The notes beneath the pieces are model-generated. The model did no database searches. It had not been told where the DNA came from and was given only the letters and a program-made list of their open reading frames with translations. Positions 1 to 12,015 of a stretch of 64,000 nt of DNA are shown here, piece by piece (the stretch's first letter is position 1; each line of letters begins with the position of its first letter). Position numbers and translations under genes: made by a program. The DNA comes from Paramecium tetraurelia (lineage: Eukaryota), in assembly GCA_000165425.1 (NCBI GenBank), contig CT868021.1, positions 186,001-250,000 of the forward strand, in the 5' to 3' direction.

Positions 1-1709
1 GCAACAGTTCTTTAATTTGCTGAATCTACTTCCTAATTTGATTCAATTTCATTGCTATCATTGAGAATAGACGATCAAGCAATTAATATTTTGGACTGTG
101 AGTGGTGACCTTTTTGAAGATTGCGTCGTTTTGTTATTGTGGAGTTTAATCAACATAAAATTGGAGTAGGTTTTTATCAACAAAGTAGGTGGTTGATGAT
201 TTGTTAAACAATTCCAGAAATATTTTGATTAAGTCTAAGGCTTTTTCATGTATTTACAATTGCAATGAGGAATCAAACAACACTTTGAATATGGTATTAA
301 AGATTTTTTCCATGTAGATTTGATTATTGATGAAGTCGGATTGCATCTTGTCTAGATTGTTCATGGGTGGGTCACTTTTAGGCAGATAACTCTGTACAAC
401 ATGTTTAACTATTTCTAGCCAATTAAGATAGATGTTCGATTTTTGGAAGGGTGGTAGTTTGAGATTCTTACCAACAATGGTTTCTTCATCAATCAATTCG
501 ACTACGTTGGCATTAATCTCAAGTATTTTATCTTAAATTTCATTTTGTTATACTGGATCTCTTTTCTAGATCATAGCTTATTTGAGTCTATTGCTGATAT
601 CAATTCTGATGTGCATGATGTCGACTGGACAATATTTGAGTGTTTTTATGATTGTGGCCACTACTTAATCTAGTTTAACTGTATCAGCTAAGTCTCTGAT
701 GATTCTAGATTAAGATTGAATTTGGCCATCATCTCTTTTGATGGTGAGTACAAAGAGTTAGAGGAACTTGGAGTAGGCGTTGAAGAGTTCTTATACTATG
801 TTTCTTGGTACTTTTTGTAATAAGTCTTGAAAGTTGGTTTCATTGATAACTTGATTCATGGTTTTGAGTGCTTTCTTCAAGATTTCTCTCATTTGTGTTT
901 TGGTCTAACTTTTATTGTCTATTTTACCTCATCCTTGACAATTGGATCAAGGGCAAATATGGTGTGGATAAAGAAAGGGGGAATGTTAGTCACAAAGGAC
1001 AAACTAAAAATATTCAATCGAATGTCCTTCTCACGTTTATCATCATTCTCGTGTTGTAACACATATGACTGATCATGAAAAGGATTGATTTGGCTGTCTC
1101 CCATCACCTTCTTGTATTATGATTTCTTGAGCTCATTATTAAACTTCACCAGAAATTCAATTCTCTGCTCAAAGAAATTGAACAGTCTCATTAAATGTGC
1201 ATCTGTGAATACGCTGTTTAATCTCTGATACTAATGTGATTGCTATTGATTGGTCTTCAGCAAATCATTCATTATTCTAATCGCTGTGGCTGCATTATTC
1301 TCATTGTCCTTCTCCAACACCACCGTCAGTTGATCAACCACTGACTGAGTCATGTGTTGCAATAAAATCTTTTTCTGCAGCAATTCAATTGTCGCTGCTC
1401 TCACATTGAACTTCACATTGCGACTAGTCTATGGCTCCACATTTTACAATACAAAAACCATCAAGTTTAAGCTATTCTCAATAAACCACTTATGGTAATT
1501 CTGCAAAGTTTACTACTTTCCCTTTTAACCAATACTCATACATGATTTGGATCACGACTGCGCTCAGAATGCTATTCCTCCGAAATCCTGCTTAACCGAT
1601 CCCGAATATCATAGATGTTGCGTTCTGAAAAGCTTTCGCTTTTGTTTTGTAAAAAGTTATTCAAGGCATCTTTTTGTTTCTCAAAATAAGCAGGGTCACT
1701 TTATGACAT
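1..1709 (-). CDS. TRRAP: TRRAP/Tra1-like PIKK-family scaffold, N-terminal HEAT region (continues beyond window start)
   Basis: ATG at 1709 and a 20-nt intron at 1522-1541. VLEKDNENNAATAIRIMNDLLK and KYCPVDIMHIRIDI...LIDEETIVG...YLNWLEIVKHVV...VLFDSSLQLQIHEKALDLI resemble Tra1/TRRAP ENEEN..., CP...LR.ELL, LFDE..LIG, LADLVHHVR, DESLP..IQ. Confidence 0.75.
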
Positions 1710-1737
1710 TTTATTTTAATAATAATATTAAACATCA

Positions 1738-2270
1738 TTCATATTTAAATCTCCATAATACCCTCAACTAAATCTATTAACTATTTAATTCCACCCTCCT
1801 CCACCAAAGCAACACCGATATTACCATTCCAATCAACAATCACAAAAAAATCAAAATAACCTCGATCTCTCAATCCCCATCCATTTCTCCTATTAACCCT
1901 ATTTTCTTCCTCTCCACACCCTAACACATAGACCACCAAATATCAATATTGCTTCCATCTTAGATTCTGGTCCAAACTCTTGTAAAAAAAATTATTATTC
2001 TACTCCCTTAAACCTCTATTCTTATTATTCTCTCCTAATTCTCGCAAGTAGAAATGGGACTAGAAAATAATCACTTTAAAACAGAAAGGAGAAGATTTTA
2101 AGTAATATTTTGTTATCAATAATTTGAATTGATATTGCCATTTAATATCCATCTTCACTAGGTGATCTGATAATAATTAGAAATTAGAAGTCAAATGTTA
2201 GATGTTAGAGGATAGCAGAAAACGCATTAAGAGTTATAGAATATGAATGATATAGGAGACTGCTAACTAA
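1738..2270. other. Possible small or degenerate coding region, strand unresolved
   Basis: Long code-6 open frames on both strands and a strong C-rich(+)/G-rich(-) skew. No convincing start or homology. Confidence 0.25.
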
Positions 2271-2666
2271 AACTAAATATATTAAAATATATTTTATTAA
2301 TTTAACAACATTATGAAGATCTATAACATCTAAAAAGGTATTGAATCAATATCATTATTTTTTGAATATAACCCCTTATAAACTATGTATTATCCTTTTT
2401 CTAGTTCATTAATAAACTTATATTTGTTAATTTCAATATATAAAATTTGGAATATGTTACAAATTTTATATATAGAGCTATATGAAAAATAAGTTGAAGA
2501 TATGAATAACAAAAGTGTATTTCAAGATTATTTACTAAAACATTAGTATCTGAATATTTATGTTCTATGATGGCTTGGAAATTGGAACTTATGGAATTTT
2601 TTGTTTATAATCTTATAAATAATTTAGATTTAACTATATTGAATCATTATTTCTTCTCTAATAAAT

Positions 2667-3371
2667 ATGGCAGATTTTTGGTAAACTACTGCAGATATGT
2701 TCAGTACTCTAATTACTAAGCCAATGATGAAAGAATAATATCTTATTAAACCTCCATTCAACTATATATTTGATATCATCTTGGAAACATATAAAAAAAC
2801 AGGTTTCACTTAAATTCACTTTAGGTTATGCAAAGGGATTATACAAAATTGAGGAATGGGATGACAATTACTATTATATTAAGGAGAGGAGGATATTCTT
2901 TTTGTAAAAAATTATTGATTTAACATCTTAACTTTAAATGAAGAACTATAAGCCAAACCTCACAATATACTGGAAGGCTTGGAACCCTAACAAACAAATA
3001 TATTATTGTAAGCAATTTACAGAGCAGCCGTTAGTGGTAAATGTAGTGAATAGCATGTAAATTAGGTAGGAAAATTTCAATATTTCTAGATTCTAGCCGG
3101 CATAGCATCTTGTTCCGCAGTATAAAAGAAGGAGAAAGTTAAAGGCAAGAAACAACTTATAGAATAACAAAACATAGATTCTCTCTAATAAACCTAGACA
3201 AAATTGAATAGCATAGTAGATTAATAATTAGCATAGATTCAAGAATTGGAGGATTAATTAGAAAAGAATGCTGATCCTAGTTTCGATTAGAAATAATACT
3301 CTGAATAATTATTTAAAAAATAATTAGAATAACTTAAAAATTCTGAAACCAATAAATGTGGAGTATTTTGA
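2667..3371 (+). pseudogene. Short IFT54/TRAF3IP1 paralog (CH domain, short coiled coil, CaaX CGVF) with a 1-nt frameshift near 2933; pseudogene or assembly error
   Basis: MADFWQTTADMFSTLITKP...KPPFNYIFDII aligns with the gene at 5057 and has the same first two intron positions. The homologous frame NEELQAKPHNILEGLEPQQTNILLQAIYRAAVSGK needs one extra T at 2933-2935. Ends TGT GGA GTA TTT TGA. Confidence 0.8.
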
Positions 3372-3691
3372 TTATTTTCATTCCTATTTTTATATGGACA
3401 TTCAGTATTCAAAAATGTATATTATCAATCATAATACTAATTTATTATTTTTGAGCTTCAATTCACTTAAATGAAGTTAATCATGTATAAAAGTAATATA
3501 AGGACTATAATTTTATGTTATTACAATACTAGAGACAGTATAAGTTTGCTAGTCCTTTATATTCTTAGTCCTTGATCCTGAAAAAAATAATATCCTTATC
3601 AGTTCATTGGATATAAATGATTAATTTTAATTATGTATTTATAGACACACTATCATATTAATATTTATAGCTATTTTTGTTCTAAATAAGT

Positions 3692-4708
3692 ATGTCCAAA
3701 TAATCAAATTAGCAGAGAGAGATTAAGATAAGAGTGGATAGTCTACCCTCAATAGAAGCGGTCTCAAGTACTAAGTCTAAGAACCAATTAAAAAGAATCT
3801 TTAAGCACTCAGAACTTCCAATAGCTCCTTTTCAATCGCCTTCGGATTCGACAAGATAGCATAGGAAATTAAAAATAGATAGTTCAGATTAAGCCATTGA
3901 ATCCAAACTTATAGTTTCGACAGCTAGAAAATCTCCTTAATTATCTAAATATTAATCTCCATAGTTTTTTTCAAGAAAAATGCAATTTAGAAACAATTCC
4001 TTAATAAATTTAAACATGGAAGTAGTCAATTAAATAAAGGAAACCCCTTTCAAAGATACTACTTTATTTTAAATAATTACTAAAATAACTTAGACGATGA
4101 ATTAACTGCATGAATACAAGAGCGAAAAAGCAATTCTTTCGGCAGCAGATAAGTTAATTAAATCTCATATTCGATTTTAAGAGATAGAATGGATTTTCAA
4201 GAATTTTAAACTCAGAGATTGGCAATCAGTGGATACCATATTTTTGAGGATACTTCAGAATTTTACTATCAATAATGAAAATAAATTAATTTAAAAAAAA
4301 AATAAACCAGATCAATTCTTTTTACAAGTTCTTTATGATTTTTAGGATAAAATAGAAGATCTTTTTAAAAAATTATGCGACGATTCTTATCGTTAGTTAG
4401 AATAAACTATATTAAATTAAAAATAAAAATTACTAAGTATTATTGATTATCATTATTAAGATAAAGAAGTTGAAGTAATGCAATAGTTTTCGAAACTTGG
4501 TAAAAAAGAGAGTTATAACTAATTTAAATTAATATTGAATGACTCATACAAGATGAATACTCGAGTAATGGAGAGCTCAATAATGAAGCAATTGACAGAA
4601 TTTGAAGATCGATTTGGAATGTTCAAATAAATAGAAAACAGCAACCGATTCATTTCGAACAGAATAAACGATTTAGTTTATGACATTAAAACTGTAAATA
4701 TATTTTGA
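3692..4708 (+). CDS. Hypothetical protein (~338 aa)
   Basis: Uninterrupted code-6 ORF from ATG 3692 (MSKQSNQQREIKIRVDSLPSI...) to TGA 4706-4708. Confidence 0.8.
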
Positions 4709-5056
4709 GTTCATATTAACGATTCCCACTAAACTTGATTTTCCATGGTATTATGTAACTGAATTATCAAGACCAAAGATAACAGACTTTTTATTCTATA
4801 AATAGACTTCTAAAATTAGAGCTTATACTAAGCAGACTATTAAAGAATGGAAGGTGCTCACACTTCTTAAAGTCTTGTGTTTTCTTTTGTTATATAATTT
4901 CTATTCGAATATTTTATCATTTATCTCACCATTCTAAGTCGAATTGGTTGGGTATCATTTAGGTTCATGGTGAAATCCACATTAGTAATATGATAGATTC
5001 CCTGATTTAAATAATAAAACATCAATATTGAATTATTATTTCTTTGATAAAATAAT

Positions 5057-6480
5057 ATGGCAGATTTTTGGAAACCTACAGCTGATTTGTATAGTGCTCT
5101 ATTCGAAAAGCCAAAAATGTCATAAAAGTTACTTGAAAAGCCTCCATTCAAATACATATTTGATATCATAATGGAGACAACCAAATAAACAGGTTTCAAA
5201 TTTAAATTTACATTAGGCTATGCTAAAGGACTCTATACTGGGGATGAATTGGATGGAAACACATATGACAATAAGGACAAAAAGCTTTCATTTTTATAGA
5301 AGATCATTGATTTGACATCCATGATGCTGAAGGAGGAAATAGCTGCAAAACCTGGTAAAATAGCTGCAGGTTTAGAACCTGAAAATACTAATTTATTATT
5401 ATAAGCAATTTACAGAGCAGCTGTAAGTGGTAAAAATAGCGACCCTTTTGTTAAGAAAGTACTACTGTTTTATAATTCTCATTTTAGATTTTAGGAGGAC
5501 CAGGAGCCAAAGAACCCGAACCTCCTAAAAAGGAATAGCCTAAGCCAGAATAAAAACCTCAACAGCCCCCTCCTAAAGAATAGGCTCCACCTCAAGTCAA
5601 GGAAGAGAAGAAAGTTGCTCCACCAAAAGAGGAATAAAAGCCAAAATAACAAGCCTAATAACCTCCTCCTTAATAGCCAAAGGAAACTCAAAAATAATAA
5701 TAACAACCTCCTCCTTAATAGCAGTAGACTCAAGAGGGAAATGTTCGACCTTCAACAGCCAAAAAGAGACCACCTTAATTGCCCACTAATCAGGTTGCAG
5801 TTGAATAGAATTAGAAGAAGGGAGGGACAGCTAATGTAATTATAGAGGGGAAAGGAAATAACGATGACGACGATGGCGTAATAGTTTAAAGTAATGTGAA
5901 ACCAAATGCTGATATTAATGCACAAGAATATGGGAAATTCGTAAGAGATAATATGAAAAATTAAGATAAGGCCAAAGAAGAGGAAAAAGAAAAGGATTAA
6001 CCTTAAGAAGGAATTAAAATGAAGAGGATAGGAAAGGTCAACGTTCAAAAAGGTATTCACTTGTATTTTATAAGCAGATAAAATCAAGGAAGAAATTGCT
6101 TAAAATTTAGGCACCTCATAAGTCTCTGATACAATAGTGATGCAAAAACTGATCCAATCTATGAGTTAGAATGTGAATCCTTTGGCTAAATAAATTGAAT
6201 TTATCTAAGATGATATTGAGAACATGAATAGGGAGTTGCAATAATGGAGGAAGATCTATAATGTTTCTAAACAAAAGATGGTAGATATGAATAGAGCAAC
6301 TGAAGAAGTAAGTATTATTTATTTACATTCTAGGCATAACAACCATTATTTGATAAAATTGCTGAAGTTGAAGAAGTCATCAAGGAGAAGAAGTCTAAAA
6401 TTCAAAATATCAAAGCTCAAATTATAAAAAATAAATTATAAATTGACTAATTGCTTAAAGCAGTTTTAGTATAAAAATGA
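5057..6480 (+). CDS. IFT54: Intraflagellar transport protein 54 (TRAF3IP1/MIP-T3)
   Basis: N-terminal CH domain MADFWKPTADLYSALFEKPKMSQKLLEKPPFKYIFDII...KPGKIAAGLEPENTNLLLQAI, a P/Q/E-rich linker, and a C-terminal coiled coil QSMSQNVNPLAKQIEFIQDDIENMNRELQQW. Three short introns. Confidence 0.93.
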
Positions 6481-6557
6481 GAACAAGTTATACAAATTAT
6501 AAAATTAATTATAATTCGTTGTTAATCAAATTAATTTCAAAAATATAATAAATAAAA

Positions 6558-9270
6558 TCAAAATTTACCTGATTTCCTCACCCCTCTCTTTGGTGATGCA
6601 TCAGGTTATTTTTCCTATTTGACTTTAGCATTCAACATTGCTGAAATAAATGAATAAAACTTTAAAGCTTTTCTTTTGCCTACCAATTGCAAGGCGCGAA
6701 TTTTCTAATTTTTTTATATCAAATTCAATCTTTCTTCTTAATCCAAATCTAAAACCAACCCAAACACTCCAGGAATTTGATTTACTAATTGTCTAATCGC
6801 TTCTAACTCAATACTAGTCCAATCCTCTTGTACTTTCTGGAGGTTCTTTATCATTTGTATTTTATTAAAAAGATTCATCAATTTAGTCATCATCTATAAT
6901 AAAGAATATATGTTATATGGATGAGCAAACAAAGCATCTATAATTTAATAGTATTTATTTAACTCAGCATTTACATATTCTAATCCCATCGATAAACAAA
7001 CATTTTGAATAAGCTTTTTCGGTATTTGATTGTAATGGTTATAGAAATCCAAGTAGGGCAGATTAAATTCACAATAACTAAGCTTATAAAACTCTACTTG
7101 TGGAGGATGCATCAAGTAATTTAATTACAATTATTTTATGAAGAAATTTTGTTCAGTAGCAGCAGTAAAGAATGATTCTGCAGTGACAATACCGTCACCA
7201 CACATATGCGCTTCTCTGAAAATGGAGCATATTTCAATTTCAGATGAAGTTGGGAAATTAAATTAGAAGATTTTTCTAAAATTTTTATAATTTACTCCGT
7301 ATTTTCCAAAACTCTATAAGGATAAACAAGAATGAAACATTTCCTTTAGAACTGCTAGTCTAGTCTGTCTTTCTTGTCTGTAAAGTTCAAGCAAAATTCG
7401 TAGCACGTAATGACCATCAACCAATTTAATCTTATTTTTAGTAACAACCATTTCTTTAATAACATTTTTTGTATAATTAATTTATTCTGTAGAGTATTTA
7501 TGCATAATTTCTTAGATTAATTGTTCTGCTTATTCCTATCGGACATACATAATAGTTTCGAAATTTGATCTCGAAAGATTCTTAACCTACCCTTTGAAAA
7601 GCATATATCTACAATGCAAATAATAATATACTTCATCAAGTGATGACTACTCAAATAAAAATTAACTATTTATTTTAATTTAAATACTTAAACGTTATGA
7701 CTTCGTGTATTTAGCCTAGTTTTGGGTTTAAAGTGTCCATTAAAAAGTCTAAGCGAACATTGTCTAATTAATCTTATCCCACTTAAATGATTTGTTTTGT
7801 GTTTTTATCCAATGAGAAAGTGCTTATCCAAGAAAAAACAAAATCTGCAAATTTAGTAGCCATTTGTAAATTTTCTAAATACTGAAATTCATTAAATTTT
7901 GCATCTAAAATTGCTCTGATAATTGCAAAGTAATTTAGAGAGATTTTATGTCTGTTAATATTTTTATATTCGGATTCAATAAGTTTAATTTGACTTTCAT
8001 AAAATACCAGGAATGACTATCTGGGATAAGTATATTTGTTGAGTCTATCCATATAAATGTGATCTAATTTTAAATTTTTCATAAACTAAAATTGTTGTTA
8101 TTCTTGCTCATTTAATTTACTCATTTTATCTTAGATAAAGGCTTTCATTTGAACCATATGGAATTTCTCTTTAGTGAATAAATATAAGAGTTTTTATAGA
8201 TTCTCTTCAGCTTCCTTATTAAATTCTGGAATTTCGACTCTTTTGCTCTTCTCTATTTTGATCTAATCTAATTCTCTTTGGAGCATTTATAGTTTCTTTT
8301 TAGATTTTGCTTCATCGGCTAAAAATTTCTGATATCTCATCTATTAACTCAATAAGTCCTCCTCCAACATTTTTGCGATATCTTTCCAATAATATCTATC
8401 ATTATAGACTGACATGAATGTAGTTTCCATTTGAGTGAATCTTTCTTGATTACTATTGATATAGTTTTGTAATTCTTCTATTTTCTCTTCGTGTTATTAG
8501 ATTATCGATTTCAATTATGCTATTTTTTGTAGATGTTTGATTAGTTATTGATCTCTATTTTAAATTTCAATCTTCAATTCCAAAGTCCTCTATTTTAATT
8601 CTTCAGTTAAATCCCTAATTTTTTCTTTTAAAAGATCAACATCCATGCTAATCTCTAGATTTCTTAGTTTGGTGGCTAACTGATTTAGTTCTATCTACAA
8701 TTTATGATTGATAAGTTTTAGCTCATTGTTTATAATTTAAGTTTCTCGATCTGCTCTATTATTCGATTCTTTTATTAAGGCCAACGAAAACTTTCTTTAA
8801 ATTTCAGTTTCAGCTTAAGGATTAATTTCAATTTTTTTTGGTTCTTTTTCCTTAATGATCGAAAGCATAATTTAAATGGATTAGGTAAAGAGATTGACTG
8901 AACTGTCAATTAATTAACTATTTTTAGATAATTCTGTTAAAGTGATGCCCATTTAGGATTATTAAATGAATTTTTTGAGTTAAGGTAGAATATTTGGATA
9001 TTGCAATGTGATTTACTGTTATAGAATCTCTTATATTTCTGCAAAGGTATTATTGGTTTTTGAATTATCGTTTTGATAGTTTAAATGAGACCAATTGGGA
9101 TTGACCGATAATGCATTTTTTGAACCTATAGTGATTAAAGAGATGTGATTACTTTGTGGTACTTGTACCTTAGGTAATCTGAACATGGAAGACAGTACTA
9201 TTTCACTCTTTGTGTGTTTCTTTCTGACTTCTTCCATTGGACCTAGTGATTCAACTCGTTAATGTCTCAT
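6558..9270 (-). CDS. Hypothetical coiled-coil protein with a helical (possibly EF-hand-like) C-terminal region
   Basis: ATG 9270 (MRHQRVESLGPMEEVRKK...), long E/K/Q heptad region, short introns (e.g. ~8064-8086), TGA at 6558. Confidence 0.75.
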
Positions 9271-9307
9271 AAGAAATAATAATAAAATATTATATTGATA
9301 TTTAAAC

Positions 9308-10347
9308 TCATTGTTCCTGGACTGCATTTTTGACAGCCTTAAATAACTGCGTTGCTTCCTAAATAGAAGAAAACTCTAAACAGAATCCCTAGAGTTCAAC
9401 ATAAATCCTCTTTGGATTGAAGGTCTTTTGCTTGATCAGCGTCTTGATGAAGACTGATAACAATCTGACTTGTCTAGTTAATTATTATTGATTCTAATTG
9501 GATATTTGATTTAATCTGTTACTTATTTGACTTCTTCACAAGTTTCAATGCATCTGGTAATGAACATATTAAGAAATTCGTCAGGAAGAGTGATATTCTT
9601 GGTGAGTTGATTCACTAACTCTAAAGTCTAGATGGTGACCTTAATATTAATGAGATAATTTAGATATCTAGAGACTAATAAATGGTTAGATTTACTCATG
9701 AACATTCACTCCAGATTAGTGCAGTTTAGTAATGATATCACTAACCAATTAGGGATTGTGTTCAACAAGATTGTTGAATTGGTCGTTATCTATTTTGTAT
9801 TCTGGCTTGAATAGTGTCAAGATCATCTATTGATCCTAGGGGGGGAGTTTGGAGGATTGGGCTTGTGTTAGGAAAAATCGAAAGAGGAATGGATTAATAT
9901 TATAATCCCAAATTGGTTGGATTGTAAATTGAGGTGAAATGTCTTCCCATTGTGGTGTTAATATTTAGGGGATGGGTCTCAGATATTCACATGAGGCAGT
10001 TAGGGATGTGTCCATTTAATTCAGCAATTAATCTAAATCTTACCCATACTCTATCTTACTGCATTGAGGATACATATTTGATATTGTTTACGATGTTCAA
10101 TTCCAATTGATTGTTGCACAACTCAGTCAAACTCATTTTCTAATTGATCTGATGGACATTATACAGATACTGTAGTCTGATGTGTTATGGCAAGTCCTTC
10201 GATATGTATTTAAATTTAAGTTACCTAATCTCTTAAACTCGATAACATGAAGTTGCAAATCTCGTTCACTCCCTGCTCTTTGATGGCTTTAAAGTTGTCC
10301 TCAAGAGTCTTATGGATATCCACAGGGACTTTGGTGTTGGCTTACAT
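9308..10347 (-). CDS. CNOT11: CCR4-NOT complex subunit 11 (C2orf29-like)
   Basis: EYLRPIP...IQPIWD, LVEHNPQLVSDII, LELVNQLTKNITLPDEFLNMFITRCIETCE, RQVRLLSVFIKTLI...ELQGFCLEFSSIQEATQLFK match the CNOT11 C-terminal domain. Confidence 0.88.
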
Positions 10348-10409
10348 TACAAAAGTGATTTATTGAATAAATTACTTAAATATATTAATATATAATTTTA
10401 AATATAAAT

Positions 10410-11767
10410 ATGATTAAAAATAAAGGCCATTGGGTCTATGGAGGAGCTCTGATGCTGGCTTTGCTCGGAGCATTCAAATACACGATGAAATCCAAACAAT
10501 AGAAGCCCACAGGTCAAGTAGAATACAGTCTACTATAGTCCTCGGCCACTCTTGATTACAATAAGAAACCAGCAGGAATTAGAAACATCGGGAACACTTG
10601 CTTCTTGAATTCAGTATTACAAGTACGATAAATTACATAATTAGTGGCATTAAGTTCATAACCCAATTTCATTGAATATCTGTTTGAATTGGTGCAGCAT
10701 ATCAATGGGGATACTACCTTAGATTAGTAGATCTGTTTAGAATTGGCCAAAATCATGAAATACCTCAATAGTGACATGGAAGTGATCGATGCTAACGACT
10801 TGATCGAGCTCCTCTCAGAGGATGCTGATTATTCCTTTTTTTATCAATAATAGGATTCTCATGAACTCTTCAACATGCTCATGAAACACATTGAAGAAGC
10901 GAATAACCAAGTGAATTCATTTGATCTAGCTATGTTGAGATCGAAACAAATGAAATTCAAGAATCCTTTTCTTCATCACACTAAGGTTCAAATTAAGTGC
11001 AATACTTGTAATTATTCTGTAAGCATCTTCTAGTAAATGTAGTTTAATTCACTCAAAGTAGAAAGTAACTATGCTTTCCATTTCCAACTCAACCATGCAA
11101 GAACAGTTAAACAAGCAATCGATTATATCTAGTAACCAGAAACAATAACAGACTATATCTGTCTCTACTGTTCTTTGCAATTCCTGAGAAAGAAATACAC
11201 TCTAAACGATTAGCAGAAGATCATTGATTAATATCTCTCAATCAACGCTTATGATGAGGATTCTTAAACCCTCATTAAGAAGATCATAGAGTAACTTAAT
11301 GCAGTCCAAGACAATCCATTTCAAATGGACCCATTGAAGGCGTGTCTTAAAAGAACAGTGACACGCCAGACTCACATTGCAAAATATCCAGTATTTCTAT
11401 AGATCTATTCTAAGAAAACCTTCTGCTTCTTTGTCAATAGACTCATCGTGCATCCCTATTACGGATTAGTAAAATTGGATCATCCAGTTTATTTGGATTC
11501 TACTTTTATGGTTGCTGACAAAGAATACTCTCTTTCGGCATTAGTTTGTCATTTAGGTGATTCCAACTCTGGTGAGTATCTTAAATCATCTTTCTAGGCC
11601 ATTATGTTACATTCAAAAGGACATTTGCATTGGATCTTGAATCATCAATGAGTCGAGATAAATCATACAAAAAATGTGAGTGGTATATTACTTCTGACAT
11701 CAAAGTCACTCCAACAAAACAACCATAACAAGGTGAAGCATATTTAATTTTTTATGACACATATTGA
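10410..11767 (+). CDS. Ubiquitin-specific protease (C19) with N-terminal membrane anchor, USP30/Ubp16-like
   Basis: Hydrophobic N-terminus WVYGGALMLALLGAF, Cys box GIRNIGNTCFLNSVLQ, QQDSHELF, His box HLGDSNSGHY, C-terminal AYLIFY. Confidence 0.9.
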
Positions 11768-12015
11768 TATATCATATAATAATTATTATTGGCAGCCATA
11801 AAGATGAAGAATTCAAATCAATCTTTTGTTACCAAAATCATAACAATAGCATGTGGGTATACTTATTTACTAGATAAATATTAAATCTATCAAGTCGTCT
11901 TTTGTATACTCTACTTTACTCTAGAACAATGTTTACAAATATGTGATTACATCTTGCATCAATATTTAAGATTATATTGTTCATTTATTAATTAAATTAA
12001 TTAATAATATTTTAA

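Noticed and set aside
3440..3585. AAGGACTA/TAGTCCTT inverted repeats and CTGA as a possible snoRNA
   Set aside because: Box motifs are incomplete, and short inverted repeats are expected in AT-rich DNA.
4710..4975. Open + frame (…FPWYYVTELSRPK…GSW*)
   Set aside because: No start codon, credible splice junction or recognisable homology.
8040..8090. Apparent frameshift in the 6558-9270 gene
   Set aside because: Resolved by a 23-nt intron, GTTTATGAAAAATTTAAAATTAG.
9836..9848. Suspected frameshift at the G7 run in CNOT11
   Set aside because: A recount gives CTC CCC CCC TAG, so the frame is continuous.
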